From an uncultured Anaerolineae bacterium (GTDB lineage Bacteria; Chloroflexota; Anaerolineae; Fen-1058): 64,000 nucleotides of DNA. Location: assembly GCA_964353405.1 (NCBI GenBank), contig CAYGWJ010000121.1, forward strand, positions 2,421 to 66,420, read 5' to 3'. The notes beneath the pieces are model-generated. The model saw only the letters and a list, made by a program, of their open reading frames with translations. It was not told where the DNA came from and did not search any database. Below, one piece after another: positions 55,978 to 64,000 of this stretch; the first letter of the stretch is position 1, and each line of letters opens with the position of its first letter. A program made the translations under genes and the position numbers.

Positions 55978-57512
55978 TGGCCGATACACCCATTCCAGTT
56001 TCGGAAAGCTTGAAGCGCGTCAATGCGGCCCTCGCGTTGCGCGAGATTCCGGATTATCCTGCGGCGTTGGCGCAACTGGCGCTTTCGCTTCAGGCTGATC
56101 CCCGCAATGCCGTGGCGCAGTTGCTTTTGGGTCTGACCTATCAGGATTTGGGTCATCCCCAACTGGCTCAGGCCTGTTTTGCCCAGGCGCTTGAGCTAGA
56201 GCCTGACTCGGCTCAAATCCGGCAAGCGTATGGCCTGTTCCTAATTCGCCATGCAGAATACCAGGAGGCGATGGCGTTAACCACTTTCCTCTTTGAGCAT
56301 GACAAGCACGAATCGGCACTGATACAGAGATTCGCCTCCGCGTTTTGGGAGGCCGATCAAGTGGATGATGCTATTGATCTCTTGTGGCAAGGTCGTGAAC
56401 AATGGCCGCAAGATGCCGAAATCGCCAGGCGTCTCGCGCACTTTTTGGCAGAAGTTGAAAAAGTTGACGAAGCAATTGCAGTCTTGGAAAACATTGCGGA
56501 ATTATCGCCCAATGTTGATGGCTTGTTTGACTTGGCTTCCCTGTATGCGCAGAAAAAAGATTATGCCTCGGCCGTCAAGCCACTCCGGCGGGCAGGGCAA
56601 CTAGAACCAAACAATGTGCGACCTTGGTTGGAATTATCTGAGTGCTATTTCAATCTGGATGATTATGAGCAAGCGATTGCTGCAGCCGATCAAGCACTTC
56701 AGCGTGATCCCAACAACTTTGCTGGCTGGATGAGCAAGTGGGGAATACTAGCCTCGCTGTCCCAAGCTGATAAGAGTTACCTTGCGAGTCTGGATGAATC
56801 GCTAGAGAATGGAATCCACGCTCTAATGTCTGTTGCTGACAGGCAAAAAGCATTGTATCGGTACAGTCTGTATCGCTGGCTTGATTTTCGTGATCGCAAT
56901 GTCAACAGTTCTGCCGCTGATTTGGCTGCCGGAGCATGGATGACGCGACACTTTAAAGATTTTGACAATTTGGGGTTCTTTCCAACTTGTGAAGAGAACT
57001 GGCAACGGGCGAAAGACCTGCTCACATTGGTCAAGCAACATGGATTAGGCGATCCGGCAATTGCCGACGCCAATTTGGGGTACATCTATCTCCGCCAGCA
57101 AGAGTATGAACTGGCCCTGGAAGCATTGCGCGCTGCAATCCAGGAGGCTCACCAGGACTCGATGGCGCTCCTCCATGAAGCCGCGTGGATCAATGGCGAT
57201 TTTTCAAGGACTAAAGTCGAGCGGTTTCCACATCGCTTGACACCAATTCGGCTAGTTGCGCTGTCGAATCTGGCAACGGCCTACTGGCTCAGTGGTAAGC
57301 CTGAAGCGGCGTTTGAGACGATTCAAGAAGCGATTTCAAGTGTGCCCCAAGATAACATCGGTTATCGTGTTTCCGGTTGCTTGCGCCTAGCGCAGGGCGA
57401 GGTCGAACTAGCCCGCTCAGAGTGGGAAAAGGCATTCAACTTGGCTGAAGACGAACAAGAGGCCGCACTGATTGAAGGCTGGTTAGCCACCTTGCCGCCT
57501 GTCCAGAAATAA
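55977..57512 (+). CDS. TPR-repeat protein
   Basis: Multiple TPR-like helical repeats (AxxxYxxALELEP...). The ATG at 55977 overlaps the hicB stop (TAATG); the ORF-track start at 55929 is the alternative. GC content is lower than the window average. Confidence 0.65.
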   Translation: MADTPIPVSESLKRVNAALALREIPDYPAALAQLALSLQADPRNAVAQLLLGLTYQDLGHPQLAQACFAQALELEPDSAQIRQAYGLFLIRHAEYQEAMALTTFLFEHDKHESALIQRFASAFWEADQVDDAIDLLWQGREQWPQDAEIARRLAHFLAEVEKVDEAIAVLENIAELSPNVDGLFDLASLYAQKKDYASAVKPLRRAGQLEPNNVRPWLELSECYFNLDDYEQAIAAADQALQRDPNNFAGWMSKWGILASLSQADKSYLASLDESLENGIHALMSVADRQKALYRYSLYRWLDFRDRNVNSSAADLAAGAWMTRHFKDFDNLGFFPTCEENWQRAKDLLTLVKQHGLGDPAIADANLGYIYLRQQEYELALEALRAAIQEAHQDSMALLHEAAWINGDFSRTKVERFPHRLTPIRLVALSNLATAYWLSGKPEAAFETIQEAISSVPQDNIGYRVSGCLRLAQGEVELARSEWEKAFNLAEDEQEAALIEGWLATLPPVQK

Positions 57513-57671
57513 GAACAAGCTGAACTTGCGCCGTTTTTGTGTATGTAGTAACGGCGCTTTTGTTTGTGGGAGAACGGTTGTACTTCACCGAATACCTGCA
57601 CGAGTCTCCTAATCACAGAGTAACTGATTGACTGATTGCTGATACCAGTGTATTATCTAGCCGGTCAGAAC

Positions 57672-57705
57672 AAAAAAGCGCCAGCCCTCGGTCAAGAGCT
57701 GGCGC
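57672..57705 (-). terminator. Rho-independent terminator of rpmB
   Basis: On the minus strand, stem GCGCCAGC / GCTGGCGC with a 12-nt loop, followed by TTTTTT. Confidence 0.7.
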
Positions 57706-57723
57706 GCGGACGCAAAAACCGGA

Positions 57724-57909
57724 TTATTTACTGACTTTGGTCAGCGTCTTGAGGCAAGACGTGCAAACGTAAACCTGGCGCGGCTGGCCCTCAACGTAGA
57801 GGGTGTGCTTTTGGATATTCGGCTTGAACATCCGATTGGTCGCGCGTTTGGAATGGCTCACGTTATGCCCAAAAGAGGGGCCTTTGCCGCAAATTTCACA
57901 CTTGGCCAT
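57724..57909 (-). CDS. rpmB: 50S ribosomal protein L28
   Basis: [34 protein letters not shown]... Confidence 0.9.
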   Translation of the reverse strand: MAKCEICGKGPSFGHNVSHSKRATNRMFKPNIQKHTLYVEGQPRQVYVCTSCLKTLTKVSK

Positions 57910-57992
57910 TGCTGTTCACCTTCCTTTGATTTCATTAGAGCGGCAAGATGATACCACGAGAGCCGATTTGATGCAAACCGTACGAGGTTCCC

Positions 57993-58349
57993 ATGTCTGA
58001 AGAAACCCAACTGGGCAAAATCGAAATCTCGCCCACGGCGATTGCCACACTCGCCGCGCAGGCTGTCCTGCAATCCTACGGCGTGGTGGGCATGGCGCCC
58101 AAGCATCTAGGCGACGAACTGATGACGGCGCTGGGCGACGCGGCCCATCGCGGAGTACAGGTTCGAGTGGATGGCGACCATATTCAGATTGACCTGTACG
58201 TCGTCGTCGAGTACGGCACGCGCATCTCGTCGGTGGCCCACAGCATCATGAACGTCGTCAGGTACAACGTCGAGCGGGCGCTGGGAGTGCAAGTCGCGCA
58301 AGTGAACGTCCACGTGCAAGGTTTGCGCGTGAGCAATCCCGATGTTTAG
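57993..58349 (+). CDS. Asp23/Gls24-family stress protein
   Basis: 118 aa with the Asp23-family sequence pattern (GKIEISPTAIATLAAQAVLQSYGVVGM). Confidence 0.8.
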   Translation: MSEETQLGKIEISPTAIATLAAQAVLQSYGVVGMAPKHLGDELMTALGDAAHRGVQVRVDGDHIQIDLYVVVEYGTRISSVAHSIMNVVRYNVERALGVQVAQVNVHVQGLRVSNPDV

Positions 58350-58357
58350 GAGACCTG

Positions 58358-60067
58358 GTGACTGACACACAAGTACGCGACCCATCCTTGAGCACGCCCG
58401 GCCCGGGCCGGCTGCTGACCGTCAACGGCCAGGGGTTGAAGGAACTGGTTAAAGCCAGCCTGGCCTGGCTCAAGAGCAACCAACAAGCCATAAACGCCCT
58501 CAACGTGTTCCCCGTGCCCGACGGCGATACGGGCACCAACATGCTGCTGACGATGGAATCGGCTTGGGCCGAAGTAAATAGGACGCCGACCGACCGTGTG
58601 GGTCAGGTGGCGCATGCCCTCGCTCACGGCTCGCTGATGGGCGCGCGCGGCAATTCGGGAGTGATTCTTTCGCAGCTCTGGCGCGGATTCGCCCGCAGCC
58701 TCGACGACAAGGAAATCCTCACCGCCGCCGACCTGGCACCAGCGCTGCTGGAAGGCTCGCAGACAGCTTACAAAGGCGTCATCAAACCGGTGGAAGGCAC
58801 CATTCTCACTGTTGCGCGTGAAGTAGCCGAAGTGTGCGCCGAGGCCACGCGCGACGGCCCTGACCGCGACGACCTGGCGATCATCCTGGAACACATGGTG
58901 GTGCGCGGGCGCGAGTCAGTGGCGCGCACGCCCACTCTACTCCCCGTCCTCAAACAAGCCGGGGTCGTGGACAGCGGCGGGCAAGGCTACCTCGTCATCC
59001 TCGAAGGGATGCTACGTTACCTGTGCGGCGAGTCGGTGACGGTCGAAGCGATTGTCACCGCTGCGCCAGTCGCCGAGGTCAGCGAAGCCGAGATTGACTC
59101 GGGCGATGTGGCACTCGGTTACGCCTATGACGTGCAGTGCCTCGTCGTGGGCGAGAACCTGGACGTGGACCGGATGCGGGCTGACATCAGCGCGATGGGA
59201 CGCTCGGCCCTTATCGTGGGTGACGCCCAGACAGTGAAGGTGCATGTCCACGTGCCGGACTATATGGCCGTGTTCAGCTATGTTCATCAATGGGGCCGCG
59301 TGCGCGAGGCTTCGACCGAAGACATGGCCGCGCAGTATCAGGAATACGTTGCGACCCGGTCGCAGCGCGACGCGAACGCAGAGCGCATCTTTCACATCCA
59401 GCCCGATCAGGTCGCTACGGTGGCCGTGGCGCCCGGCGAAGGATTGGCGCGCGTGTTCGCAAGTCTGGGCGTCGGCGCAATTGTCCCTGGCGGGCAGACG
59501 ATGAACCCCAGCACGGAACAGTTCTTGAGGGTCATCGAGCAATTGCCCACCGACAAGGTTTTGATTCTGCCGAACAACGGCAATGTGGTGTTGGCCGCCC
59601 AACAGGCAGCCGAACTCGCAACAGCCGGCAAGCATGTCGTCGTCTTGCCGACCAAGACCGTGCCACAGGGCATTGCCGCGCAGTTGGCTTTTAACGCGCA
59701 AGCCACACTGGAAGCTAACGCAGCGACTATGGAACATGCAGCACGTCACATCCAGACCGGCGAAGTCACGACCGCCACGCGCGATGTGGAAATGAACGGC
59801 GTCCAGGTAAAGCAGGGCCGTTTCATCGGGTTGCTGAACGACGTGCTGTCAGCCTCCGGCGACACAGTCCAAGACGTCGTGTGGGCACTGCTCGAACAGA
59901 TGGGGACAGCCGATCGCGAAATTGTCACGCTATACTATGGCAACGGCGTTCAGCGTGCCGAGGCCGAGTCGCTGGCCCAGGCCATCCGGGAGCGGTATTC
60001 CTCGCAGGAAATTGAAGTCGTTGAAGGTGGGCAACCGCATTACTATTACATTTTGAGTGCAGAATAG
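58358..60067 (+). CDS. fakA: DAK2-domain fatty acid kinase FakA (YloV family)
   Basis: Dak2 motif DGDTGTNML and a C-terminal DegV-interaction domain. Sits in the conserved rpmB-Asp23-YloV neighbourhood. Confidence 0.85.
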   Translation: MTDTQVRDPSLSTPGPGRLLTVNGQGLKELVKASLAWLKSNQQAINALNVFPVPDGDTGTNMLLTMESAWAEVNRTPTDRVGQVAHALAHGSLMGARGNSGVILSQLWRGFARSLDDKEILTAADLAPALLEGSQTAYKGVIKPVEGTILTVAREVAEVCAEATRDGPDRDDLAIILEHMVVRGRESVARTPTLLPVLKQAGVVDSGGQGYLVILEGMLRYLCGESVTVEAIVTAAPVAEVSEAEIDSGDVALGYAYDVQCLVVGENLDVDRMRADISAMGRSALIVGDAQTVKVHVHVPDYMAVFSYVHQWGRVREASTEDMAAQYQEYVATRSQRDANAERIFHIQPDQVATVAVAPGEGLARVFASLGVGAIVPGGQTMNPSTEQFLRVIEQLPTDKVLILPNNGNVVLAAQQAAELATAGKHVVVLPTKTVPQGIAAQLAFNAQATLEANAATMEHAARHIQTGEVTTATRDVEMNGVQVKQGRFIGLLNDVLSASGDTVQDVVWALLEQMGTADREIVTLYYGNGVQRAEAESLAQAIRERYSSQEIEVVEGGQPHYYYILSAE

Positions 60068-60129
60068 CAAATCGCATAGCGCCTGATGAAACACGCATGC
60101 AAAGCGCGCAACACACTTGAGGGAAACTT

Positions 60130-61008
60130 ATGTCCAAAGTCCGTGTCGTCACTGATAGCACAGCGCATTTTGACGATCCAACCACACCGCAAAGGCTCGG
60201 CGTCACCGTCGTGCCGCTCGCCATCCAGTTCGGGCGGCAATACTATCGGGAAGGGATTGACCTGACACCTGACGAGTTCTTTGGTCGAATGGCGACCAGC
60301 TCTCAGCCACCCACGCTTCATGCGCCCGCCGCCGACGATTTTCGAGCGGTGTATGGCAACGTCCTGAAAAGCACCGACCAGATCCTTTCGCTGCACATTT
60401 CGAGCAAGCTCAGCCAGACGTGCGCACGCGCCAGAATCGCTGCCGAAGATTACCTGGGCCGCTGCCAGATTGTCATCCTCGATTCGTGGACGACGTCGGT
60501 CGGGCTGGGCTTTTTGGTGGAAGCCGCCGCGCAAGCCGCCAGCGAGGGCAAATCGCTGGGCGACATTGTCCGCATCGTGCGCGGGATGGTGCCGCACATC
60601 TATGCCGTGTTCTTTGTGGACACGCTCGATTACCTGGAGCACAGCGGATTGATCGGCAAGTCGCAATCCATCCTCGGCACCATGCTGGGCATCAAGCCAT
60701 TTCTCGCCATCGAGGAAGGCGAGATCATCCCCATCGAAAAAGTCCGCACTCGCGACAAGGCGATTGACAAGCTCACCGAGTTCGCGTCCGAGTTTTCCAG
60801 TATCGCCCGCGGCGTGATTCTGCAAAGCGGCACGCAAGACACGCCTACCGAAGACACGCAGCTTTTGCTGGAGGAGTTGGAGCTTGCCTGCCCCGGCCTG
60901 CACTTTCCGGTGATGCGCTACGGCCCGGCGCTGGCCTGTCAGTTGGGGCCGGACAGCGTGGGCATTTTTGTCTACGAAGGTCTGCCAGCCGGGGAGCTAG
61001 TCTTCTAG
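60130..61008 (+). CDS. DegV-family fatty-acid-binding protein (FakB), copy 1
   Basis: MSKVRVVTDSTAHFDD..., DegV fold. Confidence 0.85.
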   Translation: MSKVRVVTDSTAHFDDPTTPQRLGVTVVPLAIQFGRQYYREGIDLTPDEFFGRMATSSQPPTLHAPAADDFRAVYGNVLKSTDQILSLHISSKLSQTCARARIAAEDYLGRCQIVILDSWTTSVGLGFLVEAAAQAASEGKSLGDIVRIVRGMVPHIYAVFFVDTLDYLEHSGLIGKSQSILGTMLGIKPFLAIEEGEIIPIEKVRTRDKAIDKLTEFASEFSSIARGVILQSGTQDTPTEDTQLLLEELELACPGLHFPVMRYGPALACQLGPDSVGIFVYEGLPAGELVF

Positions 61009-61075
61009 TCTCGTGGTTGAATGGCCGAACAGTTCCCTGGTCGAACTACCTGACTACCTGACAAGTAGATAGATT

Positions 61076-61906
61076 ATGGTCAAAATTGTCACCGACAGCA
61101 CCGCTGACGTCCCACGCGACCTGGCTGCCGACATTATGGTGGTGCCGTGCTTTATCCAGTTCGGCACGACCAGCTTTCTCGACGGCGTGGACATCACGCG
61201 CGAGCAGTTCTATGCCCGGCTGGCGGTCAGCGAAGGGCTACCCAGGACGGCGTCGCCCAGCGCGGGCATGTTTGAGCAAGTGTATGGCAGCGTAGCGGGT
61301 GACCGCGACGAAGTAATCTCGCTGCACGTGGCCTCAGCGCTTTCGGGCGTGTGCAACGCTGCACGCGTGGGCGCGCAGGCAGTGGACGCGGAGCGCATTA
61401 CCATCTTTGACTCGGAAAGCGTCACGATGGGACTCGGCTGGCTGTGCTTGGCCGCTGCCCGATTTGCGCGAGTGGGCATGAGCCGTGCGCAGATCATCGC
61501 GCTGCTTGACCAGATGAAGACTCGGGTGCATGTGCTCGCCGCTCCAGACACACTGGAATTCTTGCGGCGCAGTGGGCGAGTCGGCTGGGCGAGTGCGATG
61601 GTGGGGCAGCTCTTGCACATCAAGCCCGTGGTTGGCCTAACCCGGGGCATCGTCCGCTCCATTGACCGTGTGCGCACCCGCAGCCACTCGATGCGGCGAC
61701 TCGTCGAGCTGGCGACCGAGCTGGGCAAGCTCGAATCGCTGGCGGTGTTACACACCACGGCGCAGGAAGCTGCCGCAGAACTGGCGCGCCAGGTGGCTCA
61801 CCTGGCCCCGCAACCGATTCCGGTGGTCGAAGTGACGCCCGTCATTGGGACGCACGTCGGGCCAAACGGCCTGGGGCTGGCGGCTGTCGTCGCGCCGGGA
61901 AAGTAG
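61076..61906 (+). CDS. DegV-family fatty-acid-binding protein (FakB), copy 2
   Basis: MVKIVTDSTADVPRD..., DegV fold; a paralog of copy 1. Confidence 0.85.
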   Translation: MVKIVTDSTADVPRDLAADIMVVPCFIQFGTTSFLDGVDITREQFYARLAVSEGLPRTASPSAGMFEQVYGSVAGDRDEVISLHVASALSGVCNAARVGAQAVDAERITIFDSESVTMGLGWLCLAAARFARVGMSRAQIIALLDQMKTRVHVLAAPDTLEFLRRSGRVGWASAMVGQLLHIKPVVGLTRGIVRSIDRVRTRSHSMRRLVELATELGKLESLAVLHTTAQEAAAELARQVAHLAPQPIPVVEVTPVIGTHVGPNGLGLAAVVAPGK

Positions 61907-64000
61907 ATGACACAACCTTTTATGCCTATTCCATCTTTCGATAAACTTGTCAAGATTCTAAAACTTGAAATGGAAGGCGGCTTTCGTGACAAGGCCGTGA
62001 TCGGCGGCCTCGGCAAATTCGCGGGCTTTTGGGAAAAGGAAGCCACCCGCGAAGCGCCCGCCGAGCAGGTGGCGCAAATCGTCGCGGCGCTGCGTGGCTA
62101 CGGCACATTGCCAGATCGCCCCGCGCGCGTGCAGGCCATCGAGCGCATCAAGACACTGATGTCAACGCCTATTTCGGCCGCGCCTGTGCCCGTTGCCCCG
62201 CCCAAGCCCACGCCACCTCCGCCCGTCCTACCAGCAATGCCAGGGGTCAAACCCGGGACTGCCTTACCACCGGTAAAAGCTGCCCCAGGGACAGGTCAGC
62301 CTGACGTGGAGCGTGTCGCACCTCCCGTGGACAAGCCGCCCCTGGCTGCGCCCCCCGCACCTTCTCGAGCAGCGCTCAGTCAAGGCCCGGTCATCCCGGC
62401 CATTGTGCCGCGTGCCGCGGCTCAAGCGGAGCGATTGGGTTTGAATGCGCCCGTCACGGTGATGGCGGGCATCAGCACCGCCTATGCCGAAAAATTCGGC
62501 AAGCTCGGCGTCAAAACCATTCGCGATTTGCTATTCCTGCTTCCGCGTCGGTACGACGATTATCGCAACCTCAAGCCCATCAACCGGCTCGAATACGGCG
62601 AAGAAGTTACCATTATCGCCTCGGTCTGGGACGCGGGCACGCGCCGGTCGCGTGGCGGCGCGCCGATCTTTACGGCCACGCTCAGTGACGGATCGGGCCT
62701 GGTGCAATGTACTTGGTTCAACCAGCCCTACCTGGCTGACAAGATCAGGCCCAAGACGCAAATCGTTGTCAGCGGCAAGGTGGACGAATACCTGGGCCGC
62801 CTCACGTTCCAATCGCCCGAGTGGGAGCCGCTCGAGCGCGAACAGTTGCACACTGCCCGGCTGGTTCCGATTTATCCGCTGACGGAGGGTCTTACGGGCA
62901 AGTGGCTGCGCCGACTGATAAAGCGCACGGTGGATTACTGGGCGCCTCGCGCGCTCCGTGAGGAGCACCTGCCCCAATCCATTCGCCAATCTGCCGGACT
63001 GATGGACATCTCATCAGCGCTGTCGCACATTCACTTTCCCGACGATTGGAGCGATTTGGAGCGCGCTCGCCAACGGCTTGCCTTTGACGAATTGTTCATC
63101 ATCCAGATCGGCGTGCTGCGCCAGAGGCAAGAATGGCGCTCGCAACCGGGCCGCGCGCTCGACTTTGATCCGGCCGCAGTGGACAGCTTTATCCATTCAC
63201 TCCCCTACCCGCTCACCGCCGCGCAAAAGCGCACGCTCGATCAAATCATCGCCGACCTCAAGTCGGGCGTGCCGATGAATCGCCTGTTGCAAGGCGACGT
63301 AGGCTCGGGCAAGACCGTCGTCGCCGCCGCTGCGATGATGGCAGTCGTCGCTTCGGGTGCGCAGGCTGCGTTGATGGCCCCGACCGAAATCCTGGCCGAG
63401 CAGCATTTCAAGACGCTCACCAGGTTGTTCGCCGCGCTCCGCGTGCCTCGGCCTCCCAGGGTTGAACTCTTGACAGGCAGCACCTCGGACAAGGAAGCCA
63501 TCCATGCGCGGCTTGCTTCGGGCGAGGTGAACATTGTCGTCGGCACGCACGCTCTCATTCAGCCCAACGTCACCTTCCGCGATCTGGCTTTCCTGGTGAT
63601 TGACGAGCAGCATCGCTTTGGCGTGGAGCAGCGCGCGGCGCTTCGACAAAAGGGACAATCTGGAACTCATCCGCACGTGCTGGTGATGTCGGCCACGCCC
63701 ATCCCGCGCACACTCGCGCTCACACTCTACGGCGACCTCGATCTTTCGATCATGGACGAGATGCCGCCGGGCCGCCAAAAGATCGAGACGCGCTGGCTGT
63801 TCCCCACCGAGCGCGAGCGTGCGTATGCCTTTATCCGCGCGCAGGTGGAAAAGGGTCACCAGGCCTTTATCATCTGCCCGCTCGTGCAAGAATCAGATAA
63901 GGTGGAAGCCAAGGCCGCCGTGGAAGAATACGAGCGGCTGCAAAAATACGTCTTTCCTGCCTACAAGCTGGGCCTGCTGCATGGGCGGATGAAGAGCGAC
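61907..64000 (+). CDS. recG: ATP-dependent DNA helicase RecG (partial; runs off the right edge, absent from the ORF track)
   Basis: ATG at 61907 overlaps the upstream stop (TAGATG). The frame is open to the end of the window. Wedge domain ...TWFNQPYLADKI.... Helicase motif I LQGDVGSGKTVVAAAAM. The sequence ends at ...LHGRMKSD. Confidence 0.85.
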   Translation, partial: MTQPFMPIPSFDKLVKILKLEMEGGFRDKAVIGGLGKFAGFWEKEATREAPAEQVAQIVAALRGYGTLPDRPARVQAIERIKTLMSTPISAAPVPVAPPKPTPPPPVLPAMPGVKPGTALPPVKAAPGTGQPDVERVAPPVDKPPLAAPPAPSRAALSQGPVIPAIVPRAAAQAERLGLNAPVTVMAGISTAYAEKFGKLGVKTIRDLLFLLPRRYDDYRNLKPINRLEYGEEVTIIASVWDAGTRRSRGGAPIFTATLSDGSGLVQCTWFNQPYLADKIRPKTQIVVSGKVDEYLGRLTFQSPEWEPLEREQLHTARLVPIYPLTEGLTGKWLRRLIKRTVDYWAPRALREEHLPQSIRQSAGLMDISSALSHIHFPDDWSDLERARQRLAFDELFIIQIGVLRQRQEWRSQPGRALDFDPAAVDSFIHSLPYPLTAAQKRTLDQIIADLKSGVPMNRLLQGDVGSGKTVVAAAAMMAVVASGAQAALMAPTEILAEQHFKTLTRLFAALRVPRPPRVELLTGSTSDKEAIHARLASGEVNIVVGTHALIQPNVTFRDLAFLVIDEQHRFGVEQRAALRQKGQSGTHPHVLVMSATPIPRTLALTLYGDLDLSIMDEMPPGRQKIETRWLFPTERERAYAFIRAQVEKGHQAFIICPLVQESDKVEAKAAVEEYERLQKYVFPAYKLGLLHGRMKSD

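Overview
The window is a high-GC bacterial chromosome segment that is gene-dense and almost entirely coding. Its main theme is respiratory haem biology.

- **Left edge:** a partial minus-strand ABC/OLD-type ATPase gene runs off the window. It is not in the ORF track because it has no stop in the window.
- **4.0-13.8 kb (minus strand):** a complete System I cytochrome c maturation locus (ccmE-F-H-G, two extra genes, ccmA-B-C-D, then ccdA and a glutaredoxin-like gene). The CcmE carries the Cys (CxxxY) variant of the haem-binding motif. Two unusual genes sit between ccmG and ccmA: a 647-aa dihaem cytochrome c lipoprotein, and a TM/zinc-ribbon protein. Both share a juxtamembrane tail motif with CcmH.
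- **13.8-14.2 kb:** a divergent control region with two G5-N4-C5 palindromes, a clear sigma70-like promoter and a long structured leader.
- **14.2-21.7 kb (plus strand):** a multihaem respiratory cluster. It comprises a decahaem lipoprotein with internal duplication, a nonahaem cytochrome, a dihaem cytochrome b fused to two monohaem c domains, and a NapC/NirT-type cytochrome ending in three near-identical tandem paired-CXXCH repeats.
- **21.7-25.4 kb:** a polytopic GAF/HisKA_3 sensor kinase, a NarL-type response regulator, and a second, internally deleted regulator paralog. An 18-bp palindromic element occurs three times, and a 31-bp promoter-like element occurs twice.
- **25.6-29.0 kb:** an NrfBCD/Qrc-like quinol dehydrogenase module (octahaem cytochrome, TAT Fe-S subunit, NrfD membrane subunit).
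- **Downstream:** a PAS-GAF kinase; glcDEF; a nitroreductase; a xanthine-dehydrogenase-family molybdoenzyme with its accessory genes (YqeC, a MocA-HAD fusion); an AIM24 protein and an M23 peptidase; a giant DUF11/PKD surface protein flanked by alpha/beta-hydrolase gene remnants; a two-domain CDGSH Fe-S protein; and a GT2 - GT39/ArnT - YfhO glycosylation trio.
- **Right end:** rlmN; a low-GC island with a HicA-HicB pair (HicB has a long C-terminal extension) and a TPR protein; rpmB; Asp23; FakA with two FakB (DegV) genes; and a partial recG running off the right edge.

No CRISPR array, rRNA or convincing tRNA was seen.
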